Positions 30,636 through 40,216 of a DNA stretch of 64,000 nt are shown here, in pieces; positions within the stretch are counted from its first letter, which is position 1; each line of letters begins with the position of its first letter. The DNA is from Terriglobia bacterium. GTDB taxonomy: Bacteria; Acidobacteriota; Terriglobia; JAJPHL01; JAPKYU01. Location: assembly GCA_965206645.1 (NCBI GenBank), contig CBDBKE010000004.1, forward strand, positions 576,001 through 640,000. Direction: 5' to 3'. The translations under genes and the position numbers were made by a program. The notes beneath the pieces are model-generated. The model made no database searches, had not been told where the DNA came from, and saw only the letters and a program-made list of their open reading frames with translations.

Positions 30636-31136
30636 CTATTCGGTAAACAGTCGGATTTGCGCCTGCGCCGCTACCGCAGCGCGCTTCTTCTGCCTCAGCG
30701 GGTGCCTGAGCGGGTTCCCAATCACTCCCATGACGGTCAGTTCAGCCAGCGAAGACTTTGGGACATAAATCCGCTGACTGTTCGCATAGGGGTCTGGGGG
30801 AACCACGGTGAAACCTTTTTCGCCGACCAGCAAAAGGTTGTTGGGCAAGATGCCGTCCAACACTTCGTTGTCCTTGAATTTCATCCGCAGCCACAGGCCG
30901 TCCAACTTGGGCCGGGAAGTGAACACCTTGCGCTCCAGGTGGCTGGGATTGCCTTCGAAGTCCCGGACGAAATGGACACCCTTGACCTCCTTGTAGGACA
31001 GGGAGACAACCTGCCCGGTGACAGAAAGTATCTCAACCCCTTCAGATTTGAGGAAAGTTTGGGGATTCACATAGCCACGCACGACCTCCTTATTCATTTT
31101 TCGAACCAAGACCCGCTTGTGTGTGGACTGACTCAA
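30636..31136 (-). CDS. Hypothetical protein (DUF6982-like)
   Basis: STHKRVLVR, VHFVRDF, RPKLDGLWLRMKFKDNEVLDG and PPDPYANSQRIYVP motifs; start uncertain. Confidence 0.65.
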   Translation of the reverse strand: MSQSTHKRVLVRKMNKEVVRGYVNPQTFLKSEGVEILSVTGQVVSLSYKEVKGVHFVRDFEGNPSHLERKVFTSRPKLDGLWLRMKFKDNEVLDGILPNNLLLVGEKGFTVVPPDPYANSQRIYVPKSSLAELTVMGVIGNPLRHPLRQKKRAAVAAQAQIRLFTE

Positions 31137-31256
31137 GGTCGCGCCAGACACCCCATCGCGCCCTTTTGCCCCAAGGCGTCGGGCTATGCTAGTATAGCGT
31201 TCGTGGGATGTCAAGCTGACCAGGGCGTAACTCACTCATTTCTGGAGACTTCGTAG

Positions 31257-32870
31257 CTGTCCTCGAAAGATACAAAGCAGATTTTACGGTCGGCGGTGAC
31301 TATTAGCACGCTGACCCTGGTCAGCCGCGTATTGGGCTACGTCCGCGACCAGCGAATTGCCTACATTCTGGGCACCTCCGTGGTTAGTGATTCCTTCGTC
31401 CTTGCCTACAGGATTCCCAATCTTCTCAGAAGGTTAGTGGCGGAAGGTTCAATGAGCGCCTCATTTATCCCCGTTTTCGCCACCTTCCTCAAGGGAAAGG
31501 AGAGCCACGAGTGGAGGGAATTTGCCAATCGCATGTTCTGGACGCTCTCGCTCTTGCTGGCGGCTGTGACTGTACTGGGCGTCATTTTCTCTCCCACCCT
31601 GGTGGACTTGTTGACGCTGGGCACCGGCAATGTGGACCTCGAGCTGGCGGTTCTGCTGAACCGCATCATGTGGCCTTACATTTTCTTCATCGGCCTGTCA
31701 GCGCTCGCCATGGCCATCCTGAACAGCTTTCGGATCTTCGCCGTCCCGGCGCTGGCCCCGGTGCTGTTGAACCTGAGTGTCATTGGCTTTTCTCTGGTAG
31801 CCCTCCGCTTCAAGCAGCCCGCAATTCCACTGGCGTTTGGAGTCGTACTTGGTGGTCTCCTCCAGCTAGCCCTGCAGCTTCCCTTGCTGTGGAGGCACGG
31901 GATGCGCTTCAGCTTCGGAATTTCCTTTCGCCACCCGGGAATCCGTCGAGTGGCTAAGCTGATGGTGCCCGGGCTTGTGGGAATTGGCGTGGCTCAGATC
32001 AACTTCGTGGTGGATACCGTGTTTGCGACCCACGATCTGATGCCCAAAGGCAGCTTGATGTCATTGCAAATCGCCGACCGCGTCATGGAGCTGGTGTTGG
32101 GCGGCTACGCCATTGCCGTGGCCACGGCCATCCTGCCGATGATGGCCCAGCAGGTAGCAGAAAAGAACATGGACGCGCTGCGACACACACTTTCCTTTTC
32201 CCTTCGGATTGTTTCCTTTATTACAATCCCTGCGATGGTCGGCCTTCTGATTTTGCGGGAACCAATCATCCGCGTGTTGTTCCAGCATGGGCGTTTCGAT
32301 GAGCGCTCCACCCAGATGACTGCCTGGGCGCTGCTGTTCTTCGCCTTTGGCCTGCCCTGGTTTTCCGCGACTAAAATCATCGTGCCCGCTTTCTACTCGA
32401 TCCAGGACATGCGCACGCCGGTGAAGGTTGCTGCTATCGTCATGGTGGCTAACGTGGTGTTTAACCTGATGTTTCTCGAGCCCCTGCGCAATGGCGGTCC
32501 GGCAGCGGCCACCTCACTGGCCGGTTTCCTGAACTTCGCCCTGCTGCTGGGCATTTTCGTGCGCCGCCACGGCGAGCTGGGCCATCGCGCCATTCTGCTT
32601 TCGGCGGGCAAGGTGTCGGCGGCGACTGCTGTCATGGGGCTGGCCTGCTGGAGCATGCTGCAGGCCTCCGGCTTCCAGCAGCCACATCCCTTGAGCGGGC
32701 AGGTGGCCCTGAGCTGGCAGGTAACGATGCTGGCCGGCATGCTGGCCGCGGGAATCCTGGTATTCTTTGGCATGGCCCGATTGTTACGCTGTGAGGAGGT
32801 CAGCGAGTTATACGGAATCGCGAAACAAAGAAGGCGGCCACCCGAACCCGGCCCGGGGCAGTCGGCGTAG
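31257..32870 (+). CDS. murJ: Lipid II flippase MurJ
   Basis: SRVLGYVRD, YRIPNLLRRLVAEG, FIPVF and AFYSIQDMRTPVK motifs; start is either CTG 31257 (GGAG SD) or GTG 31296. Confidence 0.95.
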   Translation: MSSKDTKQILRSAVTISTLTLVSRVLGYVRDQRIAYILGTSVVSDSFVLAYRIPNLLRRLVAEGSMSASFIPVFATFLKGKESHEWREFANRMFWTLSLLLAAVTVLGVIFSPTLVDLLTLGTGNVDLELAVLLNRIMWPYIFFIGLSALAMAILNSFRIFAVPALAPVLLNLSVIGFSLVALRFKQPAIPLAFGVVLGGLLQLALQLPLLWRHGMRFSFGISFRHPGIRRVAKLMVPGLVGIGVAQINFVVDTVFATHDLMPKGSLMSLQIADRVMELVLGGYAIAVATAILPMMAQQVAEKNMDALRHTLSFSLRIVSFITIPAMVGLLILREPIIRVLFQHGRFDERSTQMTAWALLFFAFGLPWFSATKIIVPAFYSIQDMRTPVKVAAIVMVANVVFNLMFLEPLRNGGPAAATSLAGFLNFALLLGIFVRRHGELGHRAILLSAGKVSAATAVMGLACWSMLQASGFQQPHPLSGQVALSWQVTMLAGMLAAGILVFFGMARLLRCEEVSELYGIAKQRRRPPEPGPGQSA

Positions 32871-32920
32871 TTCAACCGAAGGCTGACCTGAGCAAGGGCC
32901 GGCGTCGGATCGCCGAGTTC

Positions 32921-33781
32921 TTGAACTACATTCGTGTGGAAAAGCGCCTCGCCCTCAACACGGCGGCTGCTTACGAACGCGATCTGCACCGCTACGCCGC
33001 TTTCTTGGAAAACGGGGGTCGGCGCCCCGAAGAAGCCACTCGGGCTGACGTACAGCGGCATCTGGCCTCGCTGTACGCAGCCAAGCTGGACGGACGGAGC
33101 ATCGCCCGCCACCTGGCCACGCTCCGCGGCTTCTATCGGCAATTACTGCGCGACGGTGTGCTCAAAACCGACCCCACACTGAACCTGGAATCACCCAAGA
33201 CCTGGAAGATCCTGCCCCGCTATCTGGCTCTGGAAGATGTCGAGCGCCTGCTGGCAACCCCCGATCCCGACAGCCCCGAAGGGGCGCGGGACCGAGCCAT
33301 GCTCGAGCTGCTCTACTCCACCGGTTTGCGCGTCTCGGAACTGGTTGCGCTGCGCACCGGAGACCTGCACGCCCAACTGGGCTACCTTCAGGTGACGGGC
33401 AAGGGCGACAAGCAGCGGCTGGTCCCAGTGGGACGTTCGGGGCTGGAGGCGGTGGAGACCTACCAGCGCGGCGCCCGCCAGGCCTTGCTGGGACGGCGCA
33501 CCTCGCCCTTTTTGTTCGTCAGCCGGCGCGGAATTCGTCTGACACGCCAGGCATTTTGGAAGATGATGGTGCAGGCCGGGCGGCAGGCTGGCATCCGCCA
33601 GCGGTTGACCCCCCATCTGCTGCGCCACAGTTTCGCAACACACCTGCTGGCGCGCGGCGCCGACCTGCGCTCCGTGCAGCAGATGCTGGGACACGCTGAC
33701 ATTGCTACTACTCAGATCTATACCCATGTACTGTCCGAGCGACTCCGACAAGTATTCCTGCGCCATCACCCCAGGGCCTGA
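32921..33781 (+). CDS. xerD: Tyrosine recombinase XerD
   Basis: LYSTGLRVSEL, GKGDKQRLVP, PHLLRHSFATHLL and LGHADIATTQIYTH motifs; true start may be slightly upstream. Confidence 0.92.
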   Translation: MNYIRVEKRLALNTAAAYERDLHRYAAFLENGGRRPEEATRADVQRHLASLYAAKLDGRSIARHLATLRGFYRQLLRDGVLKTDPTLNLESPKTWKILPRYLALEDVERLLATPDPDSPEGARDRAMLELLYSTGLRVSELVALRTGDLHAQLGYLQVTGKGDKQRLVPVGRSGLEAVETYQRGARQALLGRRTSPFLFVSRRGIRLTRQAFWKMMVQAGRQAGIRQRLTPHLLRHSFATHLLARGADLRSVQQMLGHADIATTQIYTHVLSERLRQVFLRHHPRA

Positions 33782-33817
33782 GCCAGAATTGGTGACGGCG
33801 GTTGGTGACTGACGATC

Positions 33818-35110
33818 ATGCCTGACTTCCTGTTTCTGATGGAGAGCCGCCTGGCTCCGGAGCAAGTAGCCGTCGTGCAGCGCCTGGAGCATCTGGCGGC
33901 AGAGCGGGACCTCAATCTCTTTTTGGTTGGGGGTGCACTGCGGGACATGCTGTGTGGACATCCGATCCGCGACCTGGACTTCGCCGTCGAGGGCAACGCG
34001 CTGAAGCTCCTGCGAGCGGTGGGAAAGTTGCCAGGCGTGGCGGTGCGCGAGATGGATCGGCAGCGCCAATCCGCCGAACTGACCTTTCCCGGCGAGGTGA
34101 CCGTGGAAGTAGCCCAGTGCCGATCCGAGCATTACTCCAAAGCTGGGGCCGAGCCGAGAATCGCGCCAGGCAATATCCACATGGACCTGCGACGCCGCGA
34201 CTTCTCGATGAACGCCATCGGACTCTCGCTCAACCGGGCCTCCCGGGGTCTCGTGCTGGACCCCAACAACGGCGTTGGTGACATCGAGCGCCGCGAAATC
34301 CGGTCCTTGCACAACTACTCGTTTGCCGACGATCCGACCCGCCTGCTGCGCCTGGTGCGCTTCCGCTCTCGCCTCCATTTCGCCCTCGATCCGAAAACGG
34401 CGACCCAGTTCCACTGGGCCAAGGAACGGGAACTGTTGCAGGATGCCCTGCCGGGGCGGTTGCGCAAGGAGCTGTACGAGATTACGCAAGAGTTACGCCC
34501 CTGCGAAATCTTCAAGGCGCTGGACAAGGAAGAAATGACCCGGGTGTTCCACTCCAAACTGAGCGGCCGGCAACTCAACTTACCAGAGGTGCTCCGGATG
34601 GAGAAGACCGCCCGCTGGCTGGACGAACATGGGCTGCGGGCCAGCCTCTACGGGCCGTGTGTCTTTTACCTGACCCGGAGGCTTTCTTCCCGTGACCGCA
34701 CGACCCTTGTCCGACGATTGAAGATGAATCGAGCCGGCACCGAACCTTGGATGAAACTGGAAGAGCGGGGCAAGCAACTGGTGCGCCGACTGGCCAGCAA
34801 GGAGGCCAACACCCCGTCGAAAGCATTCCAGTTGCTGGCTGCGCAGCCCGCTGAACTCCTCCTATTTATCCTTCTTTATTTCCCGCAGAGGAAGGTTCAG
34901 GACAAGCTCAAGAGCTACATCTCCCGACACCGCCCGTTGAAAGAAAAACTGCCTGAAAAGGAATTACAGGCCCTGGGAGTAGATCCAGAGACACCTGCCT
35001 GCGGGCGAATCCTCAACTCACTCTTCACGGCGCTACTGGATGGAAAGGTGAAGTCGCGGACCGAACAACTCAAGTATTTGAAGAAACTGGCGGTCGACGT
35101 CAAGCGGTAG
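33818..35110 (+). CDS. Class II tRNA nucleotidyltransferase / poly(A) polymerase family
   Basis: VGGALRD..DLDF, RRDFSMNA and SFADDPTRLLRLVRF motifs. Confidence 0.88.
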   Translation: MPDFLFLMESRLAPEQVAVVQRLEHLAAERDLNLFLVGGALRDMLCGHPIRDLDFAVEGNALKLLRAVGKLPGVAVREMDRQRQSAELTFPGEVTVEVAQCRSEHYSKAGAEPRIAPGNIHMDLRRRDFSMNAIGLSLNRASRGLVLDPNNGVGDIERREIRSLHNYSFADDPTRLLRLVRFRSRLHFALDPKTATQFHWAKERELLQDALPGRLRKELYEITQELRPCEIFKALDKEEMTRVFHSKLSGRQLNLPEVLRMEKTARWLDEHGLRASLYGPCVFYLTRRLSSRDRTTLVRRLKMNRAGTEPWMKLEERGKQLVRRLASKEANTPSKAFQLLAAQPAELLLFILLYFPQRKVQDKLKSYISRHRPLKEKLPEKELQALGVDPETPACGRILNSLFTALLDGKVKSRTEQLKYLKKLAVDVKR

Positions 35111-35271
35111 GACCCGCGACTGCACGGCAGTGGCCTGCCCGGAGGCAACCTCAAGTTGCGGGCTCCCCAGCACAGGGGTAACGGCCGCCGTCACCAGAGC
35201 AGCCCGCCGAAATACGGTCCTCGAAGACGCCCTGTGACGAGCGAGCCTCCGACGGTGGAGCAACAACTTGT

Positions 35272-35595
35272 TCACTGCTTTATTCGTCCCCTGAGCTTGC
35301 GCGCCAGTTTCTCAATCTGCTTGAGTTTCTTAAGCGTGCTTACGGACAGGATGTTCGCCCCGCTTTTGTTTAACTCTTCGTCCACCTCCGAGACCAATTG
35401 CACCAGCTGGCCGCTCAGTTTCTTGGCCTGTTCGTGCCGGTGTTTCAAGAGTTTGGCAGACGCAGGAGGAGCCAATGGCGAATCGGTGCGGATGCCCTCG
35501 CGCGGGCTTGCCCCAAGGGTTCCCCCTCCCCCTTGGGCCAGGCTCGAAAACACGCAAAAACAAACAAGCAACGTGATGACAAGGAAATGCCGCAT
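35272..35595 (-). CDS. Small secreted helical protein
   Basis: Signal peptide ending SSLA|Q; basic amphipathic C-terminus (LKQIEKLARKLR). Confidence 0.65.
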   Translation of the reverse strand: MRHFLVITLLVCFCVFSSLAQGGGGTLGASPREGIRTDSPLAPPASAKLLKHRHEQAKKLSGQLVQLVSEVDEELNKSGANILSVSTLKKLKQIEKLARKLRGRIKQ

Positions 35596-35715
35596 GCTTC
35601 ATTCTAACGCAGGAAGGCGATCGGCCCAACGGTGATCCCCGCCGTGATCTCCTCACAGGCCAGGAGGGGACCTGCCCCTTGGGAGAAGACGCCGGGATGA
35701 CTTTGCCAGAGCTAG

Positions 35716-35846
35716 AAGGGTGCTGAAAAACCTGGGAAACAGCTCGCTAATGGCCGCGGCTTTCAATCAGCTCGACTGATTCTCCAGTAGTTACCGAGTC
35801 GCGCGCGCAACCAGGCGGTCCACAAAATCAGTTTTTCAGCACCCCG
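35716..35846. mobile_element. MITE with IS5/IS1182-style ends
   Basis: Perfect 14-bp inverted repeat gggtgctgaaaaac (35718-35731) / gtttttcagcaccc (35831-35844); flanked by ctag and ttag; non-coding interior. Confidence 0.7.
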
Positions 35847-35966
35847 TTAGTCGGCTCCACGCCGGACCGAAAGCTACGGCCAGGCCCGCGCCTGCTTTTC
35901 TCCTTGGCGCTTGGTCAAGTTTGGTATACATTTGCTTTTCTTCCCAACTGATATAGGGGCGCGCTT

Positions 35967-36401
35967 TTGAGATTGGATCTTCGTTTTCCCAGCGACCCCC
36001 GGCTGTTGCGCACAGTCCGCTGCCTGATTGGGGAAATGGCGGAGCATTGCGGCTTTGCTGAGGACGAAGCGCAGTTCATCATCCTGGCCGTGGATGAAGC
36101 TTGCGCCAACGTCATCCGCCATGCGTACCAGGGCCGCACAGACGGGGAAATCGGCCTCTCCTGCTCCGCCAAGGAGGACCGGATCGAGTTCCTCCTGGTG
36201 GACCAGGGACGGCCGCCGCGACCGGACAGCCTACAGCCGCGCACCCAGGAGGAAGTCCGACCCGGCGGATTGGGAACGCACTTGATTCGTTCCGTTATGG
36301 ACGAAGTTCGCTACCGGCCCAGTGAACAAGGGAACGAGCTGTTCTTGGCCAAATCTTTGCGCCCGCGCCGGCGCGTGGAAACTGGCGCTGTCACAGAATG
36401 A
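35967..36401 (+). CDS. RsbW/SpoIIAB-like anti-sigma factor serine kinase
   Basis: N-box DEACANVIRHAY, G1 DQG and G2 GGLG..IRSVMDEV. Confidence 0.88.
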   Translation: MRLDLRFPSDPRLLRTVRCLIGEMAEHCGFAEDEAQFIILAVDEACANVIRHAYQGRTDGEIGLSCSAKEDRIEFLLVDQGRPPRPDSLQPRTQEEVRPGGLGTHLIRSVMDEVRYRPSEQGNELFLAKSLRPRRRVETGAVTE

Positions 36402-36736
36402 GCATTCAGATCAAAGTCCGCAAAGAAGGCGGAACCTCCGTGATTGACGTGGTGGGTGACATTGACCTGTACTCCTCCCCGCAGGTGCGCCAAACCATTC
36501 TGGACGAGTTGAACCAGAAGAGCGGAGACCGCGTGCTGTTGAACCTGACCGGGGTCAAGTACGTTGACAGTTCCGGGGTCGCCTCGCTTGTCGAAGGGCT
36601 GCAGCTGGCGCGGAAGGCACAGATCCGTTTTGCGCTCTGCGGACTCAACAAAGCGCCGCGACAGGTGCTGGAGCTCACCCGACTGATCAAGGTCTTCGAC
36701 ATCTACGACACGTTGGAAGAGGCGCTGAAAGCTTAG
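36398..36736 (+). CDS. STAS anti-sigma factor antagonist (RsbV/SpoIIAA-like)
   Basis: GDIDLYSSP, YVDSSGV and LELTRL motifs; ATGA overlap with the kinase gene. Confidence 0.92.
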   Translation: MSIQIKVRKEGGTSVIDVVGDIDLYSSPQVRQTILDELNQKSGDRVLLNLTGVKYVDSSGVASLVEGLQLARKAQIRFALCGLNKAPRQVLELTRLIKVFDIYDTLEEALKA

Positions 36737-36796
36737 CGTCGACGCCCCGCCCACCCGAGGGAAACGGCCCAAGCGTTTCGCGACCTGAGCACCGCC

Positions 36797-37585
36797 ATGC
36801 TCTCTGCCATTGGAGCCCATACGGTTCGCTTGCTGGAGTATATGGGAGGTGTTTCCCGCCAGACCAAGGCTGGATTCTATTGGACGGTCGTTGCGCCGTT
36901 CCGCGGGAGCCGGATGCGCTGGAGCACTGCCATTCACCAGATGGTGATGGTGGGCATCCAGGCTGTGCCTGTGGTTTGCCTGATCGGCTTTTTTATCGGC
37001 CTCATCATGGCCCTCCAGGGCGCCTATGAGATGAGGAAGTTCGGCGCCCTTCACCTTGTGGTGGACCTGGTAGGCGTCTCCATTACCCGCGAACTGGGTC
37101 CCCTGATGACCGCGATCATTGTCATTGGGCGTTCCGGTTCGGCGTTCGCGGCCGAATTGGGAACCATGAAGGTCAGCGAGGAAGTGGATGCGCTGGTCAC
37201 CATGGGCTTGAACCCCATTCACTTCCTTCTGGTCCCGAAATTTCTGGCAATGATAGTGATGATGCCGTGTCTGACCATGATCGCCGACCTGATGGGGATA
37301 CTGGGCGGGGCGACGTTCGCCTATACTTTCGAGCTGGGGATGGGGCTACGCCAGTACCTGCTGGCCACCGCCGAAGCGCTGGTGATGCGCGACATCATTA
37401 CAGGGCTGATCAAGAGCGTCGTATTCGGTATGGTCATCGTGCAGATTGGCTGCTACGAGGGTTTCGCGGTGACCGGCGGGCCGGAGGGCGTAGGGCGATC
37501 GACTACCTCCGCGGTGGTGATTTCCATTTTCAGCGTGATCATCGTGGACGTGATCTTCACTGGTTTCTTTTATATGCTAGGCTGA
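36797..37585 (+). CDS. mlaE: MlaE-family ABC permease
   Basis: RELGPLMTAIIVIGRSGSAFAAELGTMKVSEEVDAL and GVGRSTTSAVV motifs. Confidence 0.92.
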   Translation: MLSAIGAHTVRLLEYMGGVSRQTKAGFYWTVVAPFRGSRMRWSTAIHQMVMVGIQAVPVVCLIGFFIGLIMALQGAYEMRKFGALHLVVDLVGVSITRELGPLMTAIIVIGRSGSAFAAELGTMKVSEEVDALVTMGLNPIHFLLVPKFLAMIVMMPCLTMIADLMGILGGATFAYTFELGMGLRQYLLATAEALVMRDIITGLIKSVVFGMVIVQIGCYEGFAVTGGPEGVGRSTTSAVVISIFSVIIVDVIFTGFFYMLG

Positions 37586-37655
37586 CAATCTAGTTCTAAG
37601 GTCCAAGGCACAAGGTCGGAACTTGATTTTGAACCTCGGACTTGGACCGTTAAGC

Positions 37656-38525
37656 ATGGAGCCGATTATTTCCGTCCAGAATCTGGTGGCCCACTACGGG
37701 ACGCGACCGGTGTTACACGAGGTCAGTATGGAGGTTTACCGCGGCCAGACGATGGTCATCCTAGGCGGCAGTGGCTCTGGCAAGAGCACCCTGCTGCGGC
37801 ACATTGTGGGCCTGGAAAAGCCTACTTCCGGTTTCGTCTACATCATGGGACACGACTTTTGCCGCCTCCCGGAACACGAACTGAACCAGATCCGGCGCAA
37901 GATGGGTATGTCGTTCCAGGGGTCAGCGATGTTCAATTCCATGACGGTGGGGGACAACGTGGCCCTGCCGCTGCGCGAGCACACCGAATTGGAAGAGTCC
38001 ACCATCCAGATCATCACGCGAATAAAACTGGAGCAGGTGGGGCTGGCGGGCTTTGAGGACTACATGCCGGCACAGCTCTCGGGCGGCATGAAGAAGCGAG
38101 CCGCCGTCGCCCGCGCCATGGCCATGGATCCGGAGATCCTCTTGTTCGACGAGCCTTCCGCCGGCCTGGATCCCATCATTGCCGCTGGCATTGATGAGCT
38201 GATCGTAAAATTGAAGCAGGCGTTCGGCATGACGATCGTGGTGGTCACCCACGAGCTGGCCAGCGCCTTCCTGATTGCCGACCGCATCACTATGGTGCAC
38301 AAGGGGGGGATCATCGCCAGCGGTACCCGCGAGGAAATCCAGGCCAGCACACAACCCCGTGTTCGCCAGTTCCTGGACCGCGTTCCCGACGACGAGAGCC
38401 TCGAGGCTGCCGATTACGTCCAGGCTCTGCTCGGCACAGAGGGCGATGCCGGCCGCAACGGAAAGACGGCAGAATCAGCGAGGCCCGAGCTGCAAAAACG
38501 CGCTGGTTCGGCGGGATCGATATGA
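37656..38525 (+). CDS. mlaF: MlaF-family ABC ATPase
   Basis: GGSGSGKS, LSGGMKKR, DEPSAGLDP and VTHE motifs. Confidence 0.92.
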   Translation: MEPIISVQNLVAHYGTRPVLHEVSMEVYRGQTMVILGGSGSGKSTLLRHIVGLEKPTSGFVYIMGHDFCRLPEHELNQIRRKMGMSFQGSAMFNSMTVGDNVALPLREHTELEESTIQIITRIKLEQVGLAGFEDYMPAQLSGGMKKRAAVARAMAMDPEILLFDEPSAGLDPIIAAGIDELIVKLKQAFGMTIVVVTHELASAFLIADRITMVHKGGIIASGTREEIQASTQPRVRQFLDRVPDDESLEAADYVQALLGTEGDAGRNGKTAESARPELQKRAGSAGSI

Positions 38526-39496
38526 ACGACCAAGCAAAAGTGGGCCTGATGGTGCTGGTCGCGGTGGCCATCCTGGTGACGGCGGTCTTTTACATGACGG
38601 GGGTGGGGCTGGGGACAAAATACGTCGGTTACAAGACCTACCTCAACTTTGCCGGCGGCTTGGAGCCAGGAGCCCTGGTCCGGTTTGGTGGCCTGAAGGT
38701 GGGCCACGTCACGTCCGTGGGGGTCTCTTCCGAGGATGTCTCCCGTATTGAGATCGGCCTGGACCTAGAGGCCGACCTCTCCCTGCCCACTGACAGCGTG
38801 GCGGGCCTTTCCCAACTGGGCTTGCTGAGCGAGAACTACATAGAAATTCAGCCGGGCAAGGCGCCGTCAACCCTGCAACCCGGCAGCACCATTGCTTCCG
38901 TGGAGTCGCAGGACCCGGCGGCGCTAATGCGCAAGATGAGCGCGCTGGTGGATGTGGCACAACCTCTCGCAGCCGACCTGCACAAGAACGTCAACCAGAT
39001 CTCAGAGCAGGTGGACCAGCTGCTGGTCAACCTGCACGACGCCACCAGCGAGGAAAACCGAGCACACCTGGCTAGCGTTTTGCGGCAGACCGACGAGATG
39101 ATCGAGCGCCAGTCGCCGAAGATTGATAAAATCGCCACCAACCTGGAGAACGCTTCCGGCAAGATCGACCCGTTCATGGCTGATCTGCGCGCGACCACCG
39201 CCAAGGTGGACAAACTGATTGCTGAGGTGCAGGGCGTAGTGGCCGAGAACCGTCCCGATCTGCGGGCCTCGCTGGACCAGCTTTCCCAGACGCTGAAGGA
39301 GGCGCGCGAGCTGATGACGCAGTTGAACGTCGTCATGACGACCAATTCCGACAATCTGGACGAGACTATGGAAAACATCCGGGTGACGTCGCAGAATCTC
39401 CGGCAGCTCTCCGACACCCTGAAGCAGCGGCCGTTCAGCCTGGTGCGGGTGGTCCCCAAGCCGGAGCGCCAGGTGCCCGGCGGGGGCAAGAAATAA
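38522..39496 (+). CDS. MCE/MlaD protein with a long coiled-coil tail
   Basis: N-terminal TM; GLEPGALVRFGGLKVGHV; GLLSENYIEIQPG; helical C-terminal half. Confidence 0.9.
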   Translation: MNDQAKVGLMVLVAVAILVTAVFYMTGVGLGTKYVGYKTYLNFAGGLEPGALVRFGGLKVGHVTSVGVSSEDVSRIEIGLDLEADLSLPTDSVAGLSQLGLLSENYIEIQPGKAPSTLQPGSTIASVESQDPAALMRKMSALVDVAQPLAADLHKNVNQISEQVDQLLVNLHDATSEENRAHLASVLRQTDEMIERQSPKIDKIATNLENASGKIDPFMADLRATTAKVDKLIAEVQGVVAENRPDLRASLDQLSQTLKEARELMTQLNVVMTTNSDNLDETMENIRVTSQNLRQLSDTLKQRPFSLVRVVPKPERQVPGGGKK

Positions 39497-39546
39497 GCAG
39501 CCAGCGATCCCGCACGGTCGCAGGCAACGTCAAGGAGCCAAGAGTA

Positions 39547-40176
39547 ATGAGGGCCCGTCCCGCAGCTCAGAGGTTACTAGCCGCCGCCGCGGCGGCGATC
39601 TTGCTGCTGTCGCTTGGCGGCTGCGGAAAAGTTCCCCCGAGCCACTACTACACGCTGGAATCGTCGCTGCCGGCTCTCCCGGCGCCAGCCGTCACCACGG
39701 GCGTGGAGATCGCGGTGACCCGCTTCCGGGCCAGCCAGGGGCTCTCCCAGGACCGGCTCATGTACCGGCCCAGCCGCCACCGCGTGGATTTTTACGAGTA
39801 CCACCGCTGGGTGGACACGCCTCCGGACCTGGTCACGCAAAACCTGATCTCCCACCTCCGGCGCTCGGGGATGTTCCGCGCGGTGACCGGCACGCGAGGC
39901 GCCTCTCGCGCCGACTACCTGCTGCGCGGTCGCGTCGAACACCTGGAAGAAGTGGATTCCGCAGGGAGCGTCTCTGCCCGAGTTGGCTTGCGCGTCGAAC
40001 TGGTGGAGGTGAAGACCCGGGCCCAGGTCTGGTCAGGGGAGGGCTCCCATGAAGCGCCGGTTGGTGAGCGTTCTGTAGAAGGTGTCGTCCGGGCGCTAAA
40101 CGAATGCCTGCGCGAGAGCATGGACCAGATTGTGGCCGGCCTGGCCACTCATTTCCAACAACACGCCTCCCGCTAG
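39547..40176 (+). CDS. PqiC-like ABC-transport auxiliary lipoprotein
   Basis: Lipobox LGGC; HYYTL; YEYHRWVDTP. Confidence 0.85.
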   Translation: MRARPAAQRLLAAAAAAILLLSLGGCGKVPPSHYYTLESSLPALPAPAVTTGVEIAVTRFRASQGLSQDRLMYRPSRHRVDFYEYHRWVDTPPDLVTQNLISHLRRSGMFRAVTGTRGASRADYLLRGRVEHLEEVDSAGSVSARVGLRVELVEVKTRAQVWSGEGSHEAPVGERSVEGVVRALNECLRESMDQIVAGLATHFQQHASR

Positions 40177-40216
40177 CGATTCCTCCACCCAGCAACAACC
40201 AGAGACGAGCGGTACG

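Noticed and set aside
32921-33781. Tyrosine recombinase as a phage or island integrase
   Set aside because: It has XerD-type size and motifs and sits among core genes (murJ, tRNA nucleotidyltransferase) with no att sites or mobile cargo.
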